Source: Sedimentisphaerales bacterium
Lineage (GTDB): Bacteria > Planctomycetota > Phycisphaerae > Sedimentisphaerales > SM23-30
NCBI GenBank assembly: GCA_963666285.1
Contig: OY762711.1
Direction: 5' to 3' (one strand)
Length of the DNA: 64,000 bases
The notes under the pieces are model-generated. The model was given only the letters and a program-made list of their open reading frames with translations. It was not told the origin of the DNA and made no database searches. Both the position numbers and the translations under genes were made by a program. This document shows, in pieces, positions 10,286-20,274 of the stretch (position 1 is its first letter; each line of letters opens with the position of its first letter).

Positions 10286-12802
10286 ATGCAATTAGCTGGT
10301 ATTGACTGGATTATCATTGGAGTTTTCTTTGCAGCGATCATTTTGATAGGTCTAATAGTATCGCGTGCCGCGGGCAAAAGCTCGGCAGATTTCTTTTTGG
10401 GCGGCCGTAGTATGCCATGGTGGCTACTTGGCGTGTCAATGGTAGCATGTACATTCTCCTGCGATACTCCCAATCTAGTAACCGGAATGGTTCGAAACGG
10501 CGGAGTAGTCGCTAACTGGGGCTGGTGGGCCTTCCTGATAACCGGTATGGTAACAGTGTTTATCTATGCCCAGCTATGGCGAAGGTCAAAGGTCATGACA
10601 GACCTGGAATTCTATGAACTACGCTACAGCGGTAAAAGTGCAGCGTTTATCCGCGGTTTCCGTTCACTCTATCTCGGTATATTCTTTAACTGCCTGATAA
10701 TGGGAACGGTAACTCTGGCAGCCATAAAAATCGGCCAGGTTATCTTTGACGTCGAGCCCTGGGTAGCAGTTCTAGCCGGTTCGATCGGAGTAGTAATTTA
10801 CGCAACTGCTGGTGGTATAAAGAGTTGTATCTGGGCAGACTTTTTCCAATATTCCATAGCGATGTTTGGTGCCGTTTATGCAGCAATCGTAGCATGCCAA
10901 CAGCCAGAAGTCGGAGGCTTGAGCCAATTAATAACACATCAGGATGTTGCAGGCAAATTAAGCTGGATGCCGGATTTCTCCACCTGGTTAGCCTGGGTGC
11001 CACTGCTGCTTATCCCTGTCGCGGTGCAATGGTGGTCGGTATGGTATCCCGGAGCAGAGCCAGGCGGCGGCGGCTACATCGCCCAGCGTATGCTTTCTGC
11101 TAAAGACGAGAAGAATGCTATTGGAGCAACTTTGTTCTTCAATTTCATGCATTACGGCATGCGTCCATGGCCATGGATTATAGTAGCCCTGGCATCAATT
11201 GTCTGCTATCCGACACTGGAAAGTATCAAATCAGAGTTTCCAGGTATTGACCCTACCTACCTGAAATCTGATATAGCATACCCGGTTATGATCTCCAAAC
11301 TAGGTCCGGGCCTACTGGGCCTGGTGGTAGCGTCACTCATAGCGGCATATATGTCTACCATCGGTACACATCTGAACTGGGGTTCATCCTATGTTGTAAA
11401 TGACTGGTACAAACGTTTTATGAAACCAGACGCCAGCGAAAAGGAACTGGTAACGGTAGGACGACTATGCACAGTAATACTTATGGCAATAGCCGCCATG
11501 TTTGCCCTAACCTTTTTGGAAGATGCCAACCAGGCGTTTGAGATACTGCTGCTGTCCGGAGCCGGAACAGGTGCTATCTACATAATGAGATGGTTCTGGT
11601 GGCGAATAAATGCGTGGACAGAAATTGTTGCAATGATTGCAGCGACAATAATTGCTTTCTGGATCGTGCTGGGTGTTGGCAATACCGGAACATTAAAGTG
11701 GTATGTAAACAATTCATCAGTATCCGAATATGTTCTCAAAATTGACGATGCCGCACTGGCAGATTCAATATCAGAAAAAATGGACAACTCATCAAAGAAG
11801 GCCGGAGAGTTTGCTCAGGCAGTCCAAGAAAAAGTTAGTGTCTGGCGACTCTCAAAAGAAGACAAGCTTGAGCGAGACAGATCAAGACTTGTTTACGACA
11901 AAGCCCTGGCGGAACAGGAAAGTTTTGCAAAAGCTAATACCGCAATTTCTTTATTGAAGGATTCGGCAAATATCAGCTATGAAGAACAAATCAAACCAGA
12001 GGAACAAGTAGCGGAACTTCTGAAAGAAACTGATATTTCTTATGATAATGTCGTGGTACAATTTGCACTTCTAACAAAAAATAAAGAAAGAGCAACTGAT
12101 GAACTGATTCGTCTTGAGAAGTCTTATGAAGCCGCATTGGAAAATGCTAAAAGCTATGAAGATGCCGAACTGACAGCTGCTCGTGAAAGCCGGAAAGAAG
12201 CACAAAAAGCGGCAGACGAAGCCGCTGCTGAATACAAACGTTACTTTGACAAATATGGTACATCAATTGCAGTCAGCACTAATGCGGACAGTGTTTTATG
12301 GTTTGCAGATTTTAATAAGTTTGTAGAAAAATTCGGCACAGGAATAAAGGCAATTATCAAAGGCCATACTTTATATGTTTACGATTCAAGGATTGAAGAC
12401 TTGAAGTTCTCCGTACAACTGCTGGTATGTGTAATAATTGTGTCAATAGTCTGGGTAGTGACAACCCTAGTGACAAAACCGGCAGATAAAGAGACCCTGC
12501 GTAATTTTTATAAATTGTGTCATCCCGGCGGGCCAGGCTGGAAGAAAGTTGTTTTAGAGGCCAAAGCCGAAGGTTTAGACATCGACCAGAAAAATGCAAT
12601 CGGCGACTGGAAACTTCCAATTCAGATATTGTGTGTATTCATGGGATGCATAGCGATATATTCATCATTGTTTTCTATTGGAAATTTCGTTTACGGCAAT
12701 ATGTCGTGGGGTATCATCCTGGCAATTGTTTCTTTTGGAGCAACCCTCGTACTATTTAGAATGTTTGATAAGATCGGTGTAGAAACTGAATCTTCTGATT
12801 GA
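10286..12802 (+). CDS. Sodium:solute symporter (SSS family) with a large soluble insertion
   Basis: Motifs FFLGGRSMPWW, TFSCDTP, EFYELRY, GGGGYIAQR and AAYMST, with many TM segments. A polar insert of about 240 aa lies at 11678-12405. Confidence 0.88.
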   Translation: MQLAGIDWIIIGVFFAAIILIGLIVSRAAGKSSADFFLGGRSMPWWLLGVSMVACTFSCDTPNLVTGMVRNGGVVANWGWWAFLITGMVTVFIYAQLWRRSKVMTDLEFYELRYSGKSAAFIRGFRSLYLGIFFNCLIMGTVTLAAIKIGQVIFDVEPWVAVLAGSIGVVIYATAGGIKSCIWADFFQYSIAMFGAVYAAIVACQQPEVGGLSQLITHQDVAGKLSWMPDFSTWLAWVPLLLIPVAVQWWSVWYPGAEPGGGGYIAQRMLSAKDEKNAIGATLFFNFMHYGMRPWPWIIVALASIVCYPTLESIKSEFPGIDPTYLKSDIAYPVMISKLGPGLLGLVVASLIAAYMSTIGTHLNWGSSYVVNDWYKRFMKPDASEKELVTVGRLCTVILMAIAAMFALTFLEDANQAFEILLLSGAGTGAIYIMRWFWWRINAWTEIVAMIAATIIAFWIVLGVGNTGTLKWYVNNSSVSEYVLKIDDAALADSISEKMDNSSKKAGEFAQAVQEKVSVWRLSKEDKLERDRSRLVYDKALAEQESFAKANTAISLLKDSANISYEEQIKPEEQVAELLKETDISYDNVVVQFALLTKNKERATDELIRLEKSYEAALENAKSYEDAELTAARESRKEAQKAADEAAAEYKRYFDKYGTSIAVSTNADSVLWFADFNKFVEKFGTGIKAIIKGHTLYVYDSRIEDLKFSVQLLVCVIIVSIVWVVTTLVTKPADKETLRNFYKLCHPGGPGWKKVVLEAKAEGLDIDQKNAIGDWKLPIQILCVFMGCIAIYSSLFSIGNFVYGNMSWGIILAIVSFGATLVLFRMFDKIGVETESSD

Positions 12803-12808
12803 TCGTAT

Positions 12809-13477
12809 ATGAAAAAAAACTATAAAGTGGTCAAATGCACTCAAAGCAATACTATTGATGCTGACTGGAGCAAACCTTTCTGGCAGGACATTGACTCTGC
12901 GGAAATCTGTCTATCTCACTGGCCGGTGCAAACCGAACACCAGCCTGAGACAAAAGTAAAAATTCAATACGACAATGACTATATATATGTTATCTTTCAT
13001 GTGAAAGATTGTTATATCAGATCAGTAGCCTCAGAGGTTAATGATGATGTCTGGAAGGACAGCTGTGTGGAATTTTTCTTCTCGCCCAGCCCAGGCAATC
13101 CTGACATTTATATCAACCTGGAAGCAAACTGCTGCGGGGTAATACTAGCTCAGCGGCATACCGGCCCGCGTCAAAACAGCCGTTTTTTTGATATCGAAGA
13201 TTGCACGAATATTCAAATTGCCACTACTTTTACCGAACCGATATATAAGGAAATAACCACCCCTACCGAATGGACCCTGGAATACGCGGTTCCATTTGAC
13301 CTGATAGCAAAATATACAGATATTTCCCGCCCAGAATCCGGCGTTAAATGGAATGCCAATTTCTATAAATGCGCTGATGACTGTTCTTATCCTCACTGGA
13401 TTACATGGTCTCCTATTGCCACAAAACAGCCAGATTTCCATCAGCCGGGATATTTTGGTATTTTAGAATTTTCTTGA
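12809..13477 (+). CDS. Carbohydrate-binding family 9-like protein
   Basis: Motifs [23 protein letters not shown] and [10 protein letters not shown]. No signal peptide. Confidence 0.7.
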   Translation: MKKNYKVVKCTQSNTIDADWSKPFWQDIDSAEICLSHWPVQTEHQPETKVKIQYDNDYIYVIFHVKDCYIRSVASEVNDDVWKDSCVEFFFSPSPGNPDIYINLEANCCGVILAQRHTGPRQNSRFFDIEDCTNIQIATTFTEPIYKEITTPTEWTLEYAVPFDLIAKYTDISRPESGVKWNANFYKCADDCSYPHWITWSPIATKQPDFHQPGYFGILEFS

Positions 13478-13511
13478 ATCAAAAACTTTTTTGTTAATAA
13501 TGGAACAACTT

Positions 13512-14537
13512 ATGAAAGCACTAGTAAAAAAAGAAGCAAAAGAAGGTCTATGGCTGGATGATGTCGAAGTTCCACAAATTGGGATTAACGACGTATTAAT
13601 AAAAGTAGAAAAGACGTCTATCTGTGGAACAGATGTCCATATTTATAACTGGGACAGCTGGGCACAGAAAACAATCAAGCCACCAATGACAATAGGTCAT
13701 GAATTCGTCGGCCATATCGTTGAAATCGGCGATAATGTCCAGGATTTCAAGATCGGCGACAGAGTAAGTGCTGAAGGTCATGTAGTCTGCGGACATTGCA
13801 GAAACTGCCTGGCAGGCAGAAGGCACCTGTGCAACTCGCCTCGCGGTATCGGCGTAAACCGTAACGGAGCCTTTGCTGAATATATCTCCGTACCGGTTAC
13901 CAATACCTGGTATTGCGACCCGACAATATCATCAGATGTTTTCAGCTGCTTCGACCCACTGGGAAATGCAGTTCATACCGCCCTGTCCTTCAATCTTGTA
14001 GGTGAAGACGCGTTAATAACCGGGGCCGGCCCTATCGGCTGTATGGCGGCGGCAGTAGCAAAACAAGTTGGTGCCAGGCATGTAGTCGTAACCGATATCA
14101 ACCCTGCCCGGCTGGAACTGGCTAAACGGATGGGAGCTACCCTGACAGTTGATGTCAGTAAGGAAACCCTGGCTGACGCCCAGAAGAAACTCGATATGAA
14201 AGAAGGTTTCGACGTTGGCATGGAAATGTCCGGCAGCCCGCAGGCATTGAAAGAAATGATCGCAAATATGGCTCACGGCGGCAATATAGCTCTGCTGGGA
14301 ATCCTGCCTCCTACCGAGATAGACTGGGACTTTATCGTATTCAACGGTCTTACAATAAAAGGAATTTACGGCCGCCTGATGTACGAAACCTGGTACAAGG
14401 TAACCATGCTTATCCAGGGCGGACTTGACATTACCCCGCTTATTACTCACAGGTTCCATTACAGCGATTTCCAGAAAGGATTTGATGTAATGCGTTCCGG
14501 CAAAGCGTGTAAAGTTGTCCTGGACTGGACTGAATAA
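13512..14537 (+). CDS. tdh: L-threonine 3-dehydrogenase
   Basis: MKALVK start; [15 protein letters not shown], Zn cluster [30 protein letters not shown]. Confidence 0.95.
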   Translation: MKALVKKEAKEGLWLDDVEVPQIGINDVLIKVEKTSICGTDVHIYNWDSWAQKTIKPPMTIGHEFVGHIVEIGDNVQDFKIGDRVSAEGHVVCGHCRNCLAGRRHLCNSPRGIGVNRNGAFAEYISVPVTNTWYCDPTISSDVFSCFDPLGNAVHTALSFNLVGEDALITGAGPIGCMAAAVAKQVGARHVVVTDINPARLELAKRMGATLTVDVSKETLADAQKKLDMKEGFDVGMEMSGSPQALKEMIANMAHGGNIALLGILPPTEIDWDFIVFNGLTIKGIYGRLMYETWYKVTMLIQGGLDITPLITHRFHYSDFQKGFDVMRSGKACKVVLDWTE

Positions 14538-14661
14538 TATACACAGTGAATGATCTGCCCGATCGCCCGGAAGGTATCTAATGAAAATGTAATCATTTAT
14601 ACCACGCTCGAACGGGCATTTTCAGCTGTTATTGATATTAATACGAAAAAGGGAAAAGCTT

Positions 14662-15849
14662 ATGTTTTCAAATATGAAATCCTACCTTTCTGATCAATTG
14701 TCACAAATTGAAAAAGACGGACTATATAAAAATGAACGGGTAATAACCAGCCCGCAAAACAACCGTATAAACGTCAAGACCGGTGATTCGGTTCTGAACT
14801 TCTGTGCGAATAACTACCTGGGACTAGCTGACCATCCTGACATTATCCGGGCAGCTAAAGAGAGTTATGACAAATGGGGTTTCGGCTTGTCTTCGGTTCG
14901 TTTTATCTGCGGCACTCAACTTATCCACAAAGAGCTTGAAGAAAAAGTATCTGAATTCCTGCAAACTGAAGATACCATCCTATACGGCAGCTGTTTCGAC
15001 GCAAACGGCGGACTATTCGAGACCATTCTCGGACCGGAAGACGCAATAATCAGCGACCAGCTCAACCATGCCAGTATAATTGACGGTGTCAGGCTATGCA
15101 AAGCTCAACGATACAGGTATAACAACAGCGATATGGCAAACCTGGAAGCTAAATTGAAAGAAGCCGAATCTGCACGTTTCAAACTTATCGCAACTGATGG
15201 CGTATTTTCGATGGACGGGTATGTAGCCAAGCTAGACGAAATATGCTCACTTGCCGAAAAATATGATGCATTAGTAATGATTGATGAGTGCCACGCAGCC
15301 GGTGTGATAGGTAAAACAGGCCGCGGTACAATCGAATACCGGGATGTAATCGGAAAAGTAGATATTATCACCGGTACCTTCGGCAAGGCTCTCGGCGGTG
15401 CCAGCGGCGGATTCACAACCGGTCGCAAAGAGATTATCGATATGTTGCGTCAGCGAAGCAGGCCATACCTGTTTTCCAACACTGTTGCCCCGGCAATTGC
15501 CTCAGCATCCATCAAGGCACTGGAAATACTCATGTCTTCAACCGAGCTAATAGATAAGCTTGCCGATAATACGGCATATTTTCGCAAATCAATTGCTCAG
15601 ACCGGCCTGAATGTATTGCCAGGCGACCACCCGATCACCCCGATTATGCTGGGAGATGCCGTTATAGCACAAAAGATGGCCGAAAAGCTGCTGGAAAATG
15701 GGATTTACGTTATTGGTTTCTCTTTCCCGGTAGTGCCAAAAGATCAAGCCAGAATCAGGGTACAGATATCAGCAGCACACACCAAAGAAGACCTTGATTT
15801 TGCTGTTGATAAATTCCAGAAGATAGGAAAAGACCTGGGAATCTGCTAA
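14662..15849 (+). CDS. kbl: 2-amino-3-ketobutyrate CoA ligase (glycine C-acetyltransferase)
   Basis: Motifs [31 protein letters not shown]-lysine motif TFGKALGG and [10 protein letters not shown]. Adjacent to tdh. Confidence 0.95.
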   Translation: MFSNMKSYLSDQLSQIEKDGLYKNERVITSPQNNRINVKTGDSVLNFCANNYLGLADHPDIIRAAKESYDKWGFGLSSVRFICGTQLIHKELEEKVSEFLQTEDTILYGSCFDANGGLFETILGPEDAIISDQLNHASIIDGVRLCKAQRYRYNNSDMANLEAKLKEAESARFKLIATDGVFSMDGYVAKLDEICSLAEKYDALVMIDECHAAGVIGKTGRGTIEYRDVIGKVDIITGTFGKALGGASGGFTTGRKEIIDMLRQRSRPYLFSNTVAPAIASASIKALEILMSSTELIDKLADNTAYFRKSIAQTGLNVLPGDHPITPIMLGDAVIAQKMAEKLLENGIYVIGFSFPVVPKDQARIRVQISAAHTKEDLDFAVDKFQKIGKDLGIC

Positions 15850-15859
15850 TAGAAAAATT

Positions 15860-15888
15860 AATCAAACTGGCTAATGGCCAGTTTGATT
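15860..15888. terminator. Hairpin between convergent kbl and sulfatase genes (likely bidirectional terminator)
   Basis: AATCAAACTGGC-taatg-GCCAGTTTGATT, perfect 12-bp stem. Confidence 0.7.
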
Positions 15889-15892
15889 TGTA

Positions 15893-17386
15893 TCATGTGT
15901 TTGGCGAAAAGTTCAGGATGGCAAGATTGCTGGGATGTAAAACTCGAGAGTCGTTGTATTTTTTGCCATAATCCAGCAATTGTGCGGAAAGCTTTTTAAC
16001 GACGTCTGAGTACCCAGGCATATTATAGAAATTCTTCAGTTCGTCCGGGTCTTTTTCGAGGTCATAAAGCCATGGTTTTTCGTCAGGCTGAATAACAAGC
16101 TTATAACGTTTAGTTATCGCCGCTACCCAGTTATTTTCCGTATTGCCGGTCCCGCGAATAAACACTATATCATTCCAGTCAGACGGTGCCTTACCATTGA
16201 GGAATAGTTCTGAACAATCTCTACCCTCTTCTTCTCCATTGAGTTTTGCGTTCATTAAGGGCAGTATAGTCGGCATAAAATCAACGCAGCTAATAGCTTC
16301 ATGTATAACCGTTCCCGGCTTGATCCTGGCGGGATAGTAAATAACAAAAGGAATTTTTGCAGAAGCTTCCAAAGGTATGCTCTTGTTGTGCCTGCCGTGT
16401 TCAAAGCACATATCACCATGGTCTGAGGTGAATATGATAATGGTATTATCCATCAGCTTCTTCGAACGCAGGGTATCGAGAATGCGTCCAACATTATCGT
16501 CGATACATTTAACCATCCCAAAATAAGAAGCCAACAGATTTTTGTTCATTTTAATGTTTTTTATTTCTTTTTTGGCCCAGCCCGGCAGCCCGCTATCATC
16601 TTTCAATGCCGTTTTAGGCAACTTAAAATCCAAATGCCTGTACATGGTATCATATGGCTTTCGCACAAGGTTAGGGCCATGCGGGTCCGGAATACTGACC
16701 ATATAACAGAAAGGCTTACCGGCATTGAGGATGATAAAATCAATTGCTTTTGAGCAAAGCCAGTCGGTAGTGAAACTTTTGCTATCAGCTCCATCTACGA
16801 AATAGCCTGGCTTGCCTTCCTTATTAAGTGCGGCTACTCTCGGCCCCTTATCAGTATCTTCAAGCTTTTTCCAATGGCCGCGATTGAACATATAGCGATT
16901 ATCGGCAAAGCCAAAATTTCGTTCCGGCTGCCATTGAGGTTTACCGGTGCCATCCAAATGCCATTTGCCGGCATACCCGGTAGCATACCCCTTTCGCCGC
17001 AGGACTTCCGCGAAAGTTACAATTCCATCTTTCATTGGAATATCATTATTATGCACCGGGGTATTCTGCGGATACTTTCCTGAAACAAAAGATGAGCGAG
17101 AAGGCGAACACACAGGGGTAGTTGCATAATAACTTGTACAAATAGCTCCTTTATCCGCAATCCAGTCAATATTTGGGGTCTCTACAGCAACGCCTTTGCC
17201 CCAAACATACCCCTGCTCTTCGCTCATAAGCTTGCGATAACAGCCGAGGGTACGGAAATTATGCTCATCAGTATGGATAATTACCAGATTGGGAGCAGTG
17301 ATACTATTTGCATTAGCCAATACAGGTAAAGAAATGCCGGCTAGAGTGCTAAAACCGGACAATTTAAGAAAATCTCTTCTTTTCAT
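15893..17386 (-). CDS. Cys-type S1 sulfatase, Tat-exported
   Basis: MKRRDFLK Tat motif; CSPSR; GKWHL; FTSDHG. Confidence 0.9.
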   Translation of the reverse strand: MKRRDFLKLSGFSTLAGISLPVLANANSITAPNLVIIHTDEHNFRTLGCYRKLMSEEQGYVWGKGVAVETPNIDWIADKGAICTSYYATTPVCSPSRSSFVSGKYPQNTPVHNNDIPMKDGIVTFAEVLRRKGYATGYAGKWHLDGTGKPQWQPERNFGFADNRYMFNRGHWKKLEDTDKGPRVAALNKEGKPGYFVDGADSKSFTTDWLCSKAIDFIILNAGKPFCYMVSIPDPHGPNLVRKPYDTMYRHLDFKLPKTALKDDSGLPGWAKKEIKNIKMNKNLLASYFGMVKCIDDNVGRILDTLRSKKLMDNTIIIFTSDHGDMCFEHGRHNKSIPLEASAKIPFVIYYPARIKPGTVIHEAISCVDFMPTILPLMNAKLNGEEEGRDCSELFLNGKAPSDWNDIVFIRGTGNTENNWVAAITKRYKLVIQPDEKPWLYDLEKDPDELKNFYNMPGYSDVVKKLSAQLLDYGKKYNDSRVLHPSNLAILNFSPNT

Positions 17387-17501
17387 GCTGGCCTGTTCTC
17401 CGTAAGTATCATCAATATTTATAAAACAACTAGAGTACGTTTTGCACTTCGCTTCTTATCGTATGTAATCTTAGAAGTGCAAAAATAATCCAGATAATAT
17501 C

Positions 17502-19061
17502 CTATCTCATTCTATTAGAAGAAATCACTTTTTTGAGCAGTTTATCCAGCTCTTTAGCTTTGTCCGGGTGTTTTTCGATAATATTATTCTTTTCACTCGG
17601 ATCCTCTGAAAGATTATACAATTCAGCGTTATTACCGGATTTGTTTGCATTTTTGCTTAAAAGATTACTTGGACCGACGTATTTCCATTCGCCTACCCGG
17701 ATAGCAATCCTTCTGAATGCTTCTTCTACCATATATGGCAGTCCGGCAGAATCGATACCGAGGAAAGCATCCATCGTATCTCGACTGTCGGGAGCATCCT
17801 CATCGTTAAGCTTAACATTCAAAAAACTGGCAAAAGATGCGATAAAATCGGTCTGGTTTACAAGTGCCGTTGATACTCCCGGCTTAACATGATTAGGCCA
17901 TCGAACAATAAACGGGACACGTGTGCCGCCTTCGTATATCTGATACTTACCACCACGATAAATACCAGAAGCGTCATGGCCGCGATCTACTTCCTTAGAA
18001 GAAGTGAAAACAGTAGTGCCGTCTTCATAGCCATCATCATAAACCGGACCATTGTCACTTGAGAAAATAACAATAGTATTCTCAGTTAAACCATTTTCCT
18101 CCAGTGACTTCATAATCTCCCCGGTAGCCCAGTCTAACTGAACCATGGCATCACCGCGATATGTAAGTTCACTTTTGCCCTTAAATCGCTTGTTTGGAGC
18201 CCTCGGTACATGAATATCCTGAGAGGCAAAATATAAGAAGAAAGGTTTTTCTTTATTGGATTCAATATAATTTTTCGCCTGTTCGACAAATACGTCGGCC
18301 ATCGTTTCATCGTTCCATAAAGCAGATTTGCCACCAGCCATGTAACCTATCCGTCCAATGCCATTTATGACGCTGCCATTATGCCCTTGTGTACTTTTAT
18401 AATATGTCATAGCTTCCGGGTTTTTCTTACCGTCCGGATATTCAGTACTGCCAGGCTTATCCACATTTGCTTTGCTCCTGCCGACAAACAAAGGGTCACC
18501 AGGATCAAGATTCACCACCTTGTGCCCTTCGAGATATACACAAGGCACGCGATCATTAGTAGAAGGCAGCAAATAAGAGAAATCAAAACCTAATTCCAGC
18601 GGGCCGGGCTTAACCTCGCCATTCCAATCGGTACTAACCCCTTTGGTACCAAGGCCAATATGCCATTTGCCGATAACGCCGGTAACATAACCTGCCTTTT
18701 TAAATACGCGTGGTAATGTCATAACCTCAGTTTCAATGGTAAGAGGAGCGTTAGGCGGTAAGACATTTACCCCTTTACGAAAACCATACTCACCTGACAA
18801 AAGTGAAAACCGAGAAGGCGTACACGTTGCAGCAGAACAATGACCGTCTGTAAACCGTAAACCTTCACGAGCCAGCCGGTCAATATTTGGAGTCGGGATA
18901 AGCTTCGAGCCATATATGCCAACATCACCATAGCCGACATCGTCACCATATATGAGAACCACGTTTGGCTGAGAACCTGCTAAAACAAATGATGCAGCCA
19001 GCAGGATCACAAAAACAGATAAGAATTGCATAATTTTCATTTCATTAAGCCTTTCATTCAA
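17502..19061 (-). CDS. Cys-type S1 sulfatase (arylsulfatase-like)
   Basis: PNVVLIYGDDVG, CTPSR, GKWH, SSDNG, EGGTRVP. Signal peptide; true start may be slightly downstream. Confidence 0.9.
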   Translation of the reverse strand: MNERLNEMKIMQFLSVFVILLAASFVLAGSQPNVVLIYGDDVGYGDVGIYGSKLIPTPNIDRLAREGLRFTDGHCSAATCTPSRFSLLSGEYGFRKGVNVLPPNAPLTIETEVMTLPRVFKKAGYVTGVIGKWHIGLGTKGVSTDWNGEVKPGPLELGFDFSYLLPSTNDRVPCVYLEGHKVVNLDPGDPLFVGRSKANVDKPGSTEYPDGKKNPEAMTYYKSTQGHNGSVINGIGRIGYMAGGKSALWNDETMADVFVEQAKNYIESNKEKPFFLYFASQDIHVPRAPNKRFKGKSELTYRGDAMVQLDWATGEIMKSLEENGLTENTIVIFSSDNGPVYDDGYEDGTTVFTSSKEVDRGHDASGIYRGGKYQIYEGGTRVPFIVRWPNHVKPGVSTALVNQTDFIASFASFLNVKLNDEDAPDSRDTMDAFLGIDSAGLPYMVEEAFRRIAIRVGEWKYVGPSNLLSKNANKSGNNAELYNLSEDPSEKNNIIEKHPDKAKELDKLLKKVISSNRMR

Positions 19062-19223
19062 TATCGATAAATCTTAGCTTTTTATAATTATAATCGCCGG
19101 AGTGAAATATAGATAGCATTTTATGAAATCTATTCATCCAGCAGCAATTGTTGTCAACCTGACAATATTTCATTATTTTTAATAAAATTATTAGGGTATT
19201 GGACAAAATATACGTAGCTCTAA

Positions 19224-19404
19224 GTGCGGTTTCGCACATTTGACTGTTCAACATTACACGCAAAGGCCAGAATAGGGCCTTGTGAATGAAAAACTTTATA
19301 TTTAAATGTATTACCGAGCTATTTCTCGAAAGTATATTTAATTAAAAGCGTTGCAGGAAGGCCCTTTTAGGCGATTTTTACAACTTAAAGATTGTGAAAG
19401 TAGT
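19224..19404 (+). mobile_element. MITE-like element, copy 2 (181 bp)
   Basis: Starts GTGCGGTTTCGCACATTTGAC and ends TGTGAAAGTAGT. 5-bp direct repeat TCTAA at 19219-19223 and 19405-19409. Confidence 0.8.
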
Positions 19405-19433
19405 TCTAATAAGCTGCTCATAATTGTATGGTC

Positions 19434-20258
19434 TTACAGGATAACTGTTTTTCCTTTTAGCTTAGTCACTACCTGTTCTATATCTTCACGATGTGACAAG
19501 TCAAGAACACCGTCACATATTTTTACTGTTTTATAGACTTCATTCATATTATTTCGGGTATATTCTACCGCATCAGGCAATTCAAACTCTCCACGAGGAG
19601 ACTTTGAAATACTTTTACATGCTTTAATAATATTGGGACTGAATCTCCAGCAGTTCAAACTCAGGTAATGCGGCTCGGCTATAGATTCCATCTGATCTTC
19701 AGAAGGTTTTTCAATTATCTGTGTCAGGATATCATCTTGACCTGTTTCAACAATAGCAAAAGCCAAAACCCTTTCAGCCGGTATATTGCTCTGCCGAACT
19801 AATGCATCTCGCTCGAACCCAACAAGACCGGGACAGTCTAATTCGCTAAGCTTCTTTAAGGCCTCAACAGGATAATAATTATCCGAGTTAATCACTATGA
19901 AATGATCATCTTTAACGAAATCCTTTGCGGCAGCCACCGCATCAGCAGTTCCGAGAGGTTCTTCCTGGATGGCAAAACTGATACTAACCCTGTCGGCACT
20001 AACCTGCTCCTGGTAGTAATTTATAATTTCCTTATGCTCCGGCCCAACAACAAGACACACTTCTGTATAACCGGCTTCTGCCAGGTTGTGAATAACATAA
20101 TCTAAAAACGGCCTGTCAATTGGAATCATAGCTTTTATGCCGGAAGAGGCTGCTTCAGCCTGCTTTTCGCTCAGCTGCACAGATTCGTTAGATTTTCTCA
20201 TCCGGGTGCCAAGCCCTCTTGCCATTATAACAGCCTTATTAACTTTCGAATCGTTCAT
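19434..20258 (-). CDS. Sugar-1-phosphate nucleotidyltransferase (RmlA/GlmU-N-like)
   Basis: Motifs MARGLGTRM, KAMIPI, QEEPLGTADA, NSDN, IEKP and SPRGEFEL. Start placed at ATG 20258 (RBS GGAG). Confidence 0.8.
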   Translation of the reverse strand: MNDSKVNKAVIMARGLGTRMRKSNESVQLSEKQAEAASSGIKAMIPIDRPFLDYVIHNLAEAGYTEVCLVVGPEHKEIINYYQEQVSADRVSISFAIQEEPLGTADAVAAAKDFVKDDHFIVINSDNYYPVEALKKLSELDCPGLVGFERDALVRQSNIPAERVLAFAIVETGQDDILTQIIEKPSEDQMESIAEPHYLSLNCWRFSPNIIKACKSISKSPRGEFELPDAVEYTRNNMNEVYKTVKICDGVLDLSHREDIEQVVTKLKGKTVIL

Positions 20259-20274
20259 TATAATCTCCAAAATA

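Noticed and set aside
14556..14618. Imperfect stem TGCCCGATCG...CGAACGGGCA between tdh and kbl
   Set aside because: Single imperfect hairpin without a good U-tract; possibly an mRNA stability element but unsupported.
17440..17484. 11-bp inverted repeat TTTTGCACTTC/GAAGTGCAAAA between two sulfatases; similar hairpin at 29848-29875
   Set aside because: Ordinary intra-operon hairpins; no evidence for a specific function.
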